The notes under the pieces were generated by a model, which was not told the DNA's origin, searched no databases, and saw only the letters and a list, made by a program, of their open reading frames with translations. The translations under genes and the position numbers were made by a program. Below, piece after piece: positions 51,207-63,465 of a stretch of DNA of 64,000 nt. The stretch covers positions 42,222,001 to 42,286,000 of the forward strand of contig OZ024753.1 of NCBI GenBank assembly GCA_964016885.1, read 5' to 3'. The stretch comes from Eledone cirrhosa. Taxonomy: Eukaryota. The stretch's first letter is position 1, and each line of letters starts with the position of its first letter.

Positions 51207-51788
51207 CCTTCATTAAAACTGCTGGAGACATCATTTGATCCAAATAAACAAGCCAATTCTAGTTTTATGTCTCCTGTGTGGGTTAAACAGGAGCATTGTG
51301 AAGAGACAACCAAGTTACCAGAAACACTTACACCAAATCCTTATACAGCAGATGACCATTCCATTGCTGAGGCACCACTCACTGCATGTCTTGCAGCATC
51401 AACAGTTAGCACCAACCAAATACCTTCTCCATCATCTACTGGACTCACCACAAATCAGTACTCATCAATGTATTCGGGGTGTGAGTTGTCACAAAAAGAT
51501 TTTCCCAGTCATTCTACGAATCTGTCTTGTCTTGGAAGTGGAGGAAATAACATTAAAATCCAGAATAATTACTCAGTGCCACTAGATTTGCAGCCAACAA
51601 TGGTGGAAGATGACAGATATGTGAGAATCAGTCAGAAATGTTTGAAGACATTGATGTCTTTAGTGTCATGTCCAATGTGCCAAGCTCCGGTCAACCATCA
51701 AGAGACAATTCAAGGTTTTAAGGCTGGGACACTGTTTTGTTTGAATCTTTTCTGTTACAACGGTCACAATATACAACCACGTTGGTGA
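51207..51788 (+). CDS. Gene 2 last exon: low-complexity linker with VKQE SUMO consensus, then C-terminal CxxC-x24-C-x3-H zinc ribbon
   Basis: ttctag|CCT in frame with ORF 51267-51788; TGA ends at 51788; AATAAA at 52509-52514. Confidence 0.78.
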   Translation, partial: PSLKLLETSFDPNKQANSSFMSPVWVKQEHCEETTKLPETLTPNPYTADDHSIAEAPLTACLAASTVSTNQIPSPSSTGLTTNQYSSMYSGCELSQKDFPSHSTNLSCLGSGGNNIKIQNNYSVPLDLQPTMVEDDRYVRISQKCLKTLMSLVSCPMCQAPVNHQETIQGFKAGTLFCLNLFCYNGHNIQPRW

Positions 51789-53339
51789 TGGTCTCTCACA
51801 TATTTTATTACCAATAATGAAAACATGTGGTTTAGTGGTTAAGGTGTTGGACTCACAATCATAATATTGGGGGTTCAATTTCTGAACAAGGTGGCATTTT
51901 GTGTTCTCAAGCAAGACACTTCATTCCATTCTACGTTGTTTTTTTCCTGATAGAGCTGTGTGTCCATATCATTAATACACCTGAGAAACCTCCCATAAGA
52001 TGATACTGATTCCTGGACCAGCTGGCATGTTGTGTTCTTGAGCAAGACACTTCATTTCACATCGCTTTACATGATAGGACTGGAATCCCTATCATTAAAA
52101 CACCTAAAAAACCTCCTATGAGATACAACCTTGTAGGAGGCCAGCTAAACCTACAGAGATGTGAGCTGTAACAACTACATAGGAGGCCAGGTACACATAT
52201 GTAGGGTTGAGCTGTAACATTGACATAGGTCAGCTAAACCTATATTGGTGTGAACTGTAACAAGTGTTGGAGGCCAGCTAAACCTGTATTGGTGTGAACT
52301 GTAACCACAAGAACATATAAGGCCAGGTAAACCTACATAGGTGTGAACTGTAAAATTCAATCACCAACAGCTTAATCAATTGGAGATGGTTACTTCTGAC
52401 AGAACCTGCTGGAAGGAGTGTTTGAGGACTCTACGCACCATGACATTCTCAGGAATAAGTGGGCGAAGAAGAACAGCTTTATCTGTTTTTTATTATTTGT
52501 CAACAGAAAATAAAAAAGTTACAATTTAAAATAATATTTTATATTTTGATAAATAACTGTGATAAGTGAACTATATAGATTTATTGATTTCTATCTTTTC
52601 TGGATGAAAACTTTTGTTTGTTGGAATTATTGATGACATTATCTCAGATTATATATTGTCTTCATAAAATCTTGTCTTTTTGGGCTCATTTATTTCTTCC
52701 AGTAATTAACTAAGTTATTAACAGTGGCATTAACACGCTGTGTGAAAGCATATAAAATATGTGACATGACATAGAGCATCCAGTCCACACTGTAAGGTGG
52801 TTGTGCTGGTGACATGACAAAAAGCACCCAGTCCACCCTGTAAGGTTCAGTAATGCACCTCACTAAAGTCTGTGTCCCAAGTAGTTACTTATTTGACTGT
52901 AATGGTAACACTGGCCATTGTATAAGACTGTATGTACCTTACTGAGGTCTGTATCACAGGCCAATACTACCATTAAGGCCTAGGTGAACTTAAAAGAAAA
53001 TAATAATGAACATTATTGTTTACAGTGCTCAGGTGCACTACAACTCATCAAAGGTGCATGTATAGTACATAGAATAATATACAAATATTAGGAAAGTGAA
53101 CAGTGTATGAGTTATGATATACACACAGATAATAGCAGTACCAGCCCTGTAATGCAGCTATGGTATAGCACAACCATTTATATAACACTTGAGACAACCA
53201 CTAAAGCAAACCATATTTATTTATTTTATTGTTTCTTTTTATTATATTCAACAAACTTTTCACAAAAGTTTTTTTTTTGTTTTGTTCTCTTTTAAAACAC
53301 AAAATTACAATGTAAAACAATATAAACAAAATCTTTCAT

Positions 53340-55440
53340 AACAATAATATCCAACTGTTATTACATCTTTTAGTTTTTAAATAGATTTCTGTTTCATCTG
53401 CAGTTTTCATCCTTCTACTAGAATTCATAGTAAAACCTGTAATATATTGTTGATATGGCACCAGAGCTTCTGTTTCACACATTGGAATGTTATATTTTAA
53501 TGTCATTTACATATAACATGGCCTAGTGGTTAGATTGTTGGACTCACTGTGAGTTTGTTGTTCGATTCCTTGACCAGTCAGTATGTTGTGCACTTGAGTG
53601 AAATACTATATTTCATGTTGTGACCAACAGATAGTATCAACAATGGAAAACCTAATGGAAACGTTGTTTCCTTGGTCCAATCTAACAATCAGCTTCTTTC
53701 CTTTTGTTTTTTTTTTTACATATGAATTTAGTAATGAATAGAATTTCCAGTTTTTAAACGAATTAGAATTCAAGGGATATTAATCTTCTGTAAGGTGGTA
53801 GTGCTGGTGCCAGGGAAAATGCTGCCTGTTCACTCTGTAAGGTGGTTGTGCTGGTGTCATGGGAAATGCTCGCAGGACATGCTGTAAGGTGGTTGTGCTG
53901 GTGTCATGAAAAATGCTCCCAGTACATGCTGTAAGGTGGTTGTGTTGGTGTCATGAAAAATGCTCCCAGTACATGCTGTAAGGTGGTTGTGCTGGTGTCA
54001 TGAGAAATGCTCGCAGTACATGCTGTAAGGTGGTTATCATTAGGAAGGGCATCCAATTGTAGAAAGCAAGCCAAAATGAAATGTATAAGCAAGATAAAGT
54101 CATCTGATCTGTCTGCTGCTCTCAGAACATGACAACAACCCAATTAATCTATGCCAGCATGGATTAAATAGGTGTTAAATGATGATGATGGTGATGATAA
54201 GACAGAATTCTTTATTCCACTGTGACTTCCTATTTATTAATGTTTGTCCTATTTACAGTGTGTGGCATTTAGTATTTGATTTTAAGTATAATAGCCACCA
54301 GAGTCAGAAAGATGTGGGAGAAACATTAACTCTTTAACATTTACATTACTCCATATATACTATTGTATTTTCGTGGTAAAGGCTTTACCTCACATAATAA
54401 TGAATCTATGAGATTTTGATATTATTTATTTTGAGAACATTACCTTAACATCAGTATGAGTGGCTGATTACAGCTGTTTTTGAACAGAAAGAGGTGAGAG
54501 AATTCTGGCCAGATATGTCCGGTTCAAAGGCTAAAGGGTTAACATAATTATGAGCAGCTGGTTATAGCCAGTTTGAACAGAAAGGGGTGAGAGAATTCTG
54601 GCTGGATATGTCCGGTTTAAAGGGACTGCTACATCTTTTGATAATAAAGGGGGCTTTCTTTCCACATGACAAGCAGACTGTATAAAGAAGTAGATGCCAT
54701 AAAGTCTGGTGTTAAATGGCAGTGAAACATTGACATGGATTTTCCAAAGTGAAATGCCATACTTTGCATTTGTTTTAGCTGTTGTTTTTCTTGTAATTTC
54801 TAAAGCTTTTAACTATTTTCTGCAGCATCTTCTACACACTAGCTTGAGACGACTCTTCAGTTGTGTCGAGAGCATGATGCCCCCCCCCCCCCCCCCCACT
54901 ATTGCTGATGTCACAATAAAACACATCAAGTACACTGTCAAATGTAGGAATGTTTATAAGTGAGATGTGGCTCTTTAGCCCATCTGTGAGGAAAGTGGTT
55001 CCAGTTTAAGTGCTGACTTGGTCTGTGATGACCCATCCAACCTCTCACAGTGTAGAAAAGCAGACATTAAATAATTTTCTCTGTTTAAACTCTCACAGTT
55101 CATAGCTTTTCTATTTGAACTCTCATATTTCATATGTTCTCTGAACTCAAATCTGTATCTTCTTGTTTGGACTCTCATATTCCATATATTCCTTCTGCCA
55201 GTAACAGAGCATTTAATGGTATGTCTTCATGTAATTCACACTCATATTTGGAGAATATCTTCTGTTGCCTGCTTTATTATTCAAGTTTTCAAATTGCTTT
55301 CTTAGTTTGCTTCAGTAGATCATACTTAAAATTATCTCTAACAATTGCAGGTATGCTGTCATTCATCATTCTTTCTTATACATACAAATACTTCCACACA
55401 GAACTGGACTGGGTCTTAAAACTGTCTTGGGCATCTGGGT
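53340..55440 (-). pseudogene. Possible decayed coding sequence broken by repeats
   Basis: protein-like frames with scattered stops at about 55440-55130 and 54870-54625, and an open 50-codon stretch at about 53490-53337 (IPMCETEALVPYQQYITGFTMNSSRRMK...). Confidence 0.25.
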
Positions 55441-55759
55441 GACAAACTAACAGACTGATGACTGGTGAGGGGTCAGAGGTGTCTTTTCACTGCCCAGCAG
55501 AGGTGACACTGAATAACAGAATGTTGACCTCTGAGGACCAGAAGTTTGTTTTCACTGCTCACCTAAGGTGACACTAATTAACAGATTACTGAGGGCCCAA
55601 AGCTAATCTATGCATGCTGTGGTTGTGAAAGTAGGGGACCCAGTGCATTGTTTTGTATGAGGTGTGGGCCATTGGGTCTAGGGATCCAATGCTAATTTAT
55701 GCATGCTGTGTTTATATGTGTAGGGGCTCCAGTGCAATGTGTGCTATGGTATTTCGTAC

Positions 55760-56070
55760 CCTAAGTTAGCTCTACAATGTGTACCTATGCATTGAGCACC
55801 CTAGGCTTGGTCTACAATGTGTACCTGGGTATTTAGCACCCCTAGGCTTACTCTACAATGTATGGCTGGGTATTTAGCTCCCTAGGCTTGCTCTAGAATG
55901 TGTACCTGGGTATTGAGCACCCCTAGGCTTGCTCTACAATGTGTACCTGGGTATTGAGCACCCCTAGGCTTGCTCTACAATGTGTGGCTGGGTATTTAGC
56001 ACCCCTAGGCTTGCTCTAAAATGTGTACCTGGGTATTTAGCACCCTTAGGCTTGCTCTAAAATGTGTACC
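55760..56070. repeat. 40-41-bp tandem repeat, about 7 copies
   Basis: cccctaggcttgctctacaatgtgtacctgggtattgagca. Confidence 0.9.
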
Positions 56071-58685
56071 CCGTTCTCCCAAATAAAATAAAATAAATAC
56101 AACTTATATTTCGCTAAGCTGACAAACCTACTTTCTAATACTTCTTGCTTTCATTGGCTCAGTCTACCAAGATGTAAATGGCTATCATCAATAGGTGCAT
56201 TACATTATGAAAAACAGTCTACACTACATAAATACAATCTTCAGATAACAACCTTAGAATTCAGTAGTCCATCAAACTCACTTTTCATATTATTTTAATC
56301 ATTTAAACAACTCTCCCCCCAAAACTGCTTTTATTAACCCTTTAACCTTTACATTACTCCATATTTACTATTGTATTATAATGGAAAACATTTTATCTTA
56401 CATAATATCGAATCCTCGAGATTTAGATATTATTTATTTTGAGAACAATACCTTAACATCAGTATGAGCAGCCGATTACGGCTGGTTTAAACAGAAAGAG
56501 GTGAGATAATTCTGGCCAGATATGGCCCGTTTAAATGCTAAAAGGTTAAACTGTTGAAATTTAATTCCAAATCTTGGACTGAACTCTCATTGTTACATGG
56601 CAGATAATATTAGATTTCAGTACTTAAATATTTGTCTTTTATTGTTTAACCTTTTTGATACCAAACCTTTTGAACTCACCCCTGGTTCTTTGATACAAGA
56701 CTGTTTATTTTAATGTATTTATCATCATCATCACCGTTTTACGTCCATTCTTCCACGCTAGCATGGGTTAGACGGGTTGTCCTGTTGTGGGCAGTGTCTG
56801 GTCGGCTGACCATGCCTTGCTCATACAGGAACTGATTTGGCTTGATTTCTACAGCTGGATGCCCTTCCTAACACCAACCTCATTTACAGTGAGTACTGGG
56901 TGCTTTTTTGCCATGGCACCTCCACGACCACCTTGCAGTGGGGGGTGTGGGGGCATATTGTCTATATGCTTCAGCTTGTACCCATGGGAGGTCGGGTACT
57001 CTGTATTACTGCATGACGCCAGAGGTCACGGTCGTCTATATTTATCTAAAAACTTTCCATCATAGTATTATATACAAACTTTTGTTGAGTTATGTTCCAA
57101 GCACCAATTTAATGATGAGAAAGTTTGTTACATCACTAAAGTCCTCAAAATATTTTAATTATTCTCAAAATTAATTGAAAACTAAGGGTAATGTCTTTCA
57201 TTAGAAATATGGTAACGAAATGGTTAAATACTGACCCACCTGAATCCCCTCCATTAAATATTCAAATCTTGGATTGGAATCACATTATTCCATGACTGAT
57301 AATATTGTCTATCAAGTAATAATTGTTTCTACTATTGGCACAAGGCCAGCAATTACCCCAGTGTATTACTAGTACTATACTTTATCGACCTCATAAAGAT
57401 GAAAGGCAAAGTTAACTTCGGCGGGATTTGATCTCAGAACACAAAGGGCCATAACTCTATGCTGCAAAGCATGGCGTCTGACGCTCTACTGATACTGCCA
57501 CCCCCCACACACATATCTATCATGTAACAATGTAGTTAAACATTTGTTGAATAATGGTTGAAAGTTATTTCACAGAATATCTCATAATTCTCAATTAATT
57601 TCACAATTAAAACACAAAAGGCAGAATATTTTTGTTAGAAGTATGGTCTTGAAAGTGTTAACCTGGGATAGATGAAAGGAAAAAGTGGATCTAGGCAGAG
57701 TTTAAACCCAGAACTACAGTAAAACATATTTGTCTATTTATATCAGCCACCATCCTTGTTCTATCCTTTATAATTAACTTTAATTAGTATTAACCTTCAT
57801 AATTAGTCCCCATGTAAAACAAAAATACCAATAAACCGCTCATCAAATAAATATTAAAAACAAAGAAATATTAAAACTATAATTCTGTAAATTTGCAGAC
57901 CAATATTTAACTCTTACCATCCTATACTACATGAAACCATACTAGCAAGACATTCTTAGATATACAAACAGCATTATGATTGCACCACTTTAAGAATTAA
58001 ATTTTTTGCTCTAATACTGCAAATTTTTACAACGATATGTCCAGTAGTAAAGATACCATAAACATTTTGAATTAATAAATATGTTTTTAGGTATTTTCTG
58101 CTAAATCTTTACAGGATGTTAAGATTTAATTAACGACCACACATATGCAACATAACTTTTAGCAGAATTGAATGCATCACATTTAAAACTACTCTAACGC
58201 TGCAAATTTTCACAACAATCTGTCCATTAGTAAAGACCCTATAAACATTTATATGAAGAAACCTGTATTTAGATATTTTTCTGCTAGATCATTACAAGAT
58301 GTTAAGAGTTAAAGCAACATTAAAACAGTAATTTCAAGTTATTTCATCACATATTTATAATATTTTTGGCTTTTATTTTTTTGTTGTTTTTTTACAAATT
58401 TATCTTTCATTTAACCAATATTTTAAAACCAGACATACACGGGGGGAACAGTTAATTACACAGTTAAAAACAGCTCATTCCATTATAACCCCCAACTACA
58501 AGACAAGCCTATACACAATTTGTTAGTCAAACTAGTTTCTAGAATTTTTGGCACAAATGAGGACATTCAACATTTAGTTAGTTGTGGTGAAAATGTCTGA
58601 AGGGATAATAATTTGATTGTTAAATCAATAATAAATAATACCAGTTCAAAGAGAGATAATAATAAAGTAGTGGTTACTGGATATT

Positions 58686-59093
58686 CTAAAAAGATTTGAC
58701 ATCTTTTTTCGGTTCCATCCTTGGCCTTCTGCGCAAACATGAAATAAACAAACTACCGATGTATTCTCTAGCATTTGCTCTCCGGGAAGTAGTTATTTTT
58801 TGTCGTTTTCCGTCAATCATTGATGTTGTTGGCATCAATGGTTGATTACTTATTGTTATAGTTCTTAAGTAGTCAGGAGTAAGCTCGTTTAATTTATCCC
58901 AGAATTGTAAAAATCCCTCGTCGTCTTGTAATTGAAATCTGTTTAAGGCGACAGAAACTGTCTGTGAGTTGTGCATATTTGCCATTCTGTGGCTCAGCAG
59001 GGATCTATGGAGACCAATTAAAGCTCTTTGGCAAGACTCAATAATTATCTGAATGTCCAGAAAAGCATGCATTGTGTTCACTGATATCTCACT
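58686..59093 (-). CDS. Gene 3 terminal exon (SEISVNTMHAFLDIQ...CLRRRPRMEPKKDVKSF*); unknown protein
   Basis: minus strand ttttcag| phase 0; 408 bp open to TAG; candidate AATAAA on - strand at 58372-58377. Confidence 0.75.
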   Translation of the reverse strand, partial: SEISVNTMHAFLDIQIIIESCQRALIGLHRSLLSHRMANMHNSQTVSVALNRFQLQDDEGFLQFWDKLNELTPDYLRTITISNQPLMPTTSMIDGKRQKITTSRRANAREYIGSLFISCLRRRPRMEPKKDVKSF

Positions 59094-59210
59094 CTGAAAA
59101 ATATAAAAATATCATATCATCATCATCATCATCATATATAAATAGATATGAGAAGAGATAGTTTTAAAATGCTGTAATTTTCAGTGTAAATATTAAAATA
59201 TAAATTTTAC

Positions 59211-59302
59211 CCAATGGTTACTTTGCTCCTTTGGAATCCAATTTGATTCTGGGAAATGCGGGAACATTCCTTCAAAATCTAGTTTAGATTTCGCACTTGC
59301 TT
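59211..59302 (-). CDS. Gene 3 exon (EASAKSKLDFEGMFPHFPESNWIPKEQSNHW)
   Basis: minus strand ccttgcag|...TGG|gtaaaa; 92 bp, phase 1 to 0. Confidence 0.72.
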
Positions 59303-59603
59303 CTGCAAGGATAATAAAACAAAAGACATGTTCCAGAAAAATTAATTAGTGTACCTTAAAATTAATTAATAGATTAGTGTACCTTATAATTATTTATTAA
59401 TTAGTGTAGCTTTAAAATATGTGGAACCCCAGTAGCACAAAAAACAAAAGTGGTGATAGTGGTGGTGGTAATGGTGGCAGTGGTAGTGGTGGTGATGGTA
59501 GTGGTGGTGGTAGTGGTGGTGGTGATAGTGGTGGTGGTGATAGTGGTGGTGGTGATAGTGGTGGTGGTGATAGTGGTGGCGGTGGCAGAAGTGGTGGTGG
59601 TGG

Positions 59604-59868
59604 TGTTAAAGTTTGTCTCATGCCAGAAGACTCATCAGGTTGCTATTTACCCCAGTTTCCATGGCATTAAGTGACTGAGAGTACAAGACTCTCCCCTGGA
59701 CAGGACACCGATCTATCACAGAGGTTAAATTACTGGTACTCATCTTCAGCTGAGTATACTGGAGCAAAGTGAAATGAAGTGTTTTGCTCAAGAACACAAC
59801 ACACAACCTAGTCCAGGAATTGAACCCACAAGATTATGATTGTAGGTCCAACACCCTTACCACTAGGT
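59604..59868 (-). mobile_element. Second tRNA-derived SINE family with CORE-like and V-like segments; copies near 40410-40660, 33095-33240, 51825-52060, 23410-23540, 18760-19110
   Basis: cctagtggtaagggtgttgg...gggttcaattcctgg...gttcttgagcaaaacactt...cctgtccagggg. Confidence 0.7.
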
Positions 59869-60145
59869 AGCCACTCAGTAAAAATAGGACTTCACATTAT
59901 AGACACGGACTTTGTAAGCCTTAATGACGGATTCCCATCTAGGAGAGGAGTCACTCTGAATATAAACTGATACAGGGTAGAGAGGACATTCAAGTCCTGC
60001 CAGTCAACCTCTCTAGTACTGGAGGCAGAAATAATACACTTAGTTCACACTGTAAAGTGGTTGTCCAGTTAGAAAGCCGATCTAATGACTTGTATTTTTG
60101 TTAATATATATATATATATACAAGCAAATTATAAACGTAAACATG

Positions 60146-60662
60146 TAAGTATGTTTTTGAAACGGTGCGCAAGTTTGAAATTAGAAATTAGAAATTATAA
60201 GATTTCACCGTATTTTAGACTAAAGAAATTTCTAGCCTGATAGTGGGGTTTATAACCCTCGGAGAAATGGAAAAAGATGAGTGGGTCTATATATAACCAT
60301 GTCCATTACGAGCTGAGGATCTGCTTAGGTGAAACAATTGTTCTCGGTATGGTGAACTAACTGTTGTGTAACCACTTCTACCTAACTCGTCCCATGGACT
60401 GAGTGCTCTACCACTACGGATATTACCTTCCAGTGTTCTACCACTATATATATATATTTGCAAGCAGGGAAGAGCGGACGTAAAATGATGATGATGATAC
60501 ATATATATATGGGTTCGACTCCCATGTACATCAATACTCATCCTTTTTCCCTTTCTTAGAGGGTTCTAAACCCCACTATCAGGCTAAAATTTCTTTAGTA
60601 AAAAAAATACACCGAAAGCTTCTATTTCTAATTTCAAACTTGCTCGCTGTTTCAAAAACATA

Positions 60663-60666
<4 letters not shown>
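60146..60666. mobile_element. Foldback/MITE with about 135-bp imperfect terminal inverted repeats
   Basis: taagtatgtttttgaaac...tagcctgatagtggggttt...gatgagt vs actcatc...aaaccccactatcaggcta...gtttcaaaaacatactta. Confidence 0.75.
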
Positions 60667-60737
<71 letters not shown>

Positions 60738-60781
60738 TCACTCGTTCACATAGGTACAATCAAGTAGAAAAGCTGGTTTAC

Positions 60782-60799
60782 CTGGATTTTTGCTGGTTT
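60782..60799 (-). CDS. Gene 3 18-nt microexon (adds ETSKNP)
   Basis: minus strand ttctttcttgcag|AAACCAGCAAAAATCCAG|gtaaac; phase 1/1. Confidence 0.6.
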
Positions 60800-60892
60800 C
60801 TGCAAGAAAGAATTAAAATCATTTAAAAATAAATCTCACTCAACAAAGCTTGGTAGAGGTCAATGGGAAAATATTTATCCTTAATCAGTCCG

Positions 60893-61165
60893 TCAGTTGA
60901 TGATCTCATCACCAACAGCTCCACAACAGCATTTGTGTGGCTCACACACGCAAAGGGTCGAGCTGCTGGGCAACTCTAAGGCAAAGGTACTCAGCATCAA
61001 AAAAGGGTACCGTTTGATGAGGAAGGCATCAAACTGAGCCACACTCTGCTGTTTGGTTGTGAGGCAGGTGAGACAGTGTTAATCCAAGGAAGACTCAATC
61101 TGCGTGACGGTAGACCGGCTCTTGATGTCAACCCAGTTACATTGGATGCTGAGTACAGTGTCTTG
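60893..61165 (-). mobile_element. Decayed fragment of a CRE-like / RLE-encoding non-LTR retrotransposon
   Basis: nearly open frame ending CVCEPHKCCCGAVGD, resembling the CxPHxCxCGxxVD knuckle that precedes the RLE domain. Confidence 0.45.
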
Positions 61166-62521
61166 AAAATAGCACTGGGTCAATATGATCAATTAAATCA
61201 AGGCAGTGCTCCAGCATGGCTACAGTCTAATGTGAGACAACTAGTAAAATAGTACTGGGTTAATATGATCAATTCAATCAAAGCATTGCTCCAGCACGGC
61301 CACAGTCTAATGTGTGACAACTAGTAAAATAGTACTGGGTTAATATGATCAATTATATCAAAGCATTGTTCCAGCATGCCCACAGTCTAATGTATGACAA
61401 CTAGTAAAATAGTACTGGGTTAATATGATCAATTATATCAAAGCATTGTTCCAGCATGCCCACAGTCTAATGTATGACAACTAGTAAAATAGTACTGGGT
61501 TAATATGATCAATTATATCAAAGCATTGTTCCAGCATGCCCACAGTCTAATGTATGACAACTAGTAAAATAGTACTGGGTTAATATGATCAATTATATCA
61601 AAGCATTGTTCCAGCATGCCCACAGTCTAATGTATGACAACTAGTAAAATAGTACTGGGTTAATATGATCAATTATATCAAAGCATTGTTCCAGCATGCC
61701 CACAGTCTAATGTATGACAACTAGTAAAATAGTACTGGGTTAATATGATCAATTATATCAAAGCATTGTTCCAGCATGCCCACAGTCTAATGTATGACAA
61801 CTAGTAAAATAGTACTGGGTTAATATGATCAATTATATCAAAGCATTGTTCCAGCATGCCCACAGTCTAATGTATGACAACTAGTAAAATAGTACTGGGT
61901 TAATATGATCAATTATATCAAAGCATTGTTCCAGCATGCCCACAGTCTAATGTATGACAACTAGTAAAATAGTACTGGGTTAATATGATCAATTATATCA
62001 AAGCATTGTTCCAGCATGCCCACAGTCTAATGTATGACAACTAGTAAAATAGTACTGGGTTAATATGATCAATTATATCAAAGCATTGTTCCAGCATGCC
62101 CACAGTCTAATGTATGACAACTAGTAAAATAGTACTGGGTTAATATGATCAATTCAATCAAAGCATTGCTCCAGCATGCCCACAGTCTAATGTATGACAA
62201 CTAGTAAAATAGTACTGGGTTAATATGATCAATTATATCAAAGCATTGTTCCAGCATGCCCACAGTCTAATGTATGACAACTAGTAAAATAGTACTGGGT
62301 TAATATGATCAATTATATCAAAGCATTGTTCCAGCACGGCCACAGTCTAATGTATGACAACTAGTAAAATAGTACTGGGTTAATATGATCAATTATATCA
62401 AAGCATTGTTCCAGCACGGTCACAGTCTAATGTATGACAACTAGTAAAATAGTACTGGGTTAATATGATCAATTCAATCAAAGCATTGCTCCAGCACGGC
62501 CACAGTCTAATGTGTGACAAC
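61166..62521. repeat. 80-bp tandem array, about 17 copies, identical in the core
   Basis: ctagtaaaatagtactgggttaatatgatc... every 80 bp. Confidence 0.97.
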
Positions 62522-62567
62522 TTATGAGAGTGAGAGCAAGAAGATATTATAAGATGGTGTTACTGAC

Positions 62568-62684
62568 CTGCCTCATTTGAGATACTGGACAGTTTTTCTC
62601 TGATTTCCACCAGAACATATCGTTGGACAGCTTGGAGGACCACACAAGACACAAACGCTGTACAGTAATCTTCCAGGCTTTCAA
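62568..62684 (-). CDS. Gene 3 internal exon (ESLEDYCTAFVSCVVLQAVQRYVLVEIREKLSSISNEA); AKAP-like amphipathic helix
   Basis: minus strand tatttcag|...G|gtcagt; 117 bp, phase 1/1. Confidence 0.75.
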
Positions 62685-62691
62685 CTGAAAT

Positions 62692-63267
62692 ATACACACA
62701 CACAAGAAATATTATATATGTATATATACACACACACACACATATATATTTATATACACACACACACACACACACACATAAATATATATATATATATATA
62801 TACACACACATATATATATATATAAACGCACACACATATATATATGTATATATACACACACACACACATATATTTATATACACACACACACACATAAATA
62901 TATATATATATATATATATGCACACACATATATATATATATAAACGCACACACATATATATATATGTATATACACACACACACACATATATATACACACA
63001 CACACACACATATATACACACACACACATATATATACACACACACATATATATATACACACACACACATATATATATATACACACACACATATATTTATA
63101 TACACACACACATACATATATTTATATACACACACACACATATATATTTATATACACACACATATTTATATACACACACACATATTTATATACACACACA
63201 TATATATATATACACACACACATATTTATATACACACACGCATATATATATATATATACACACACGC

Positions 63268-63300
<33 letters not shown>

Positions 63301-63416
63301 TATATATATACACACACACATATATATATATACACACACACACACATATATATATACACACACATATATATATATATATACACACACATATACACACACA
63401 CATATATATACACACA

Positions 63417-63458
<42 letters not shown>

Positions 63459-63465
63459 TAATAAT
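62692..63465. repeat. (TA)/(CA) compound microsatellite ending in (AAT)n
   Basis: direct inspection. Confidence 0.95.

Noticed and set aside
59604-59645. Minus-strand CTGATGAG-TCTT...GAGAC-AAAC, hammerhead-like
   Set aside because: Lacks the invariant GAAA and stems I/III; it is the 3' end of a SINE whose other copies do not keep the core.
61166-62521. CRISPR-like regular array (also 11020-11828 and 38767-39252)
   Set aside because: Units are contiguous with no unique spacers, there are no cas genes, and the context is a eukaryotic intron.
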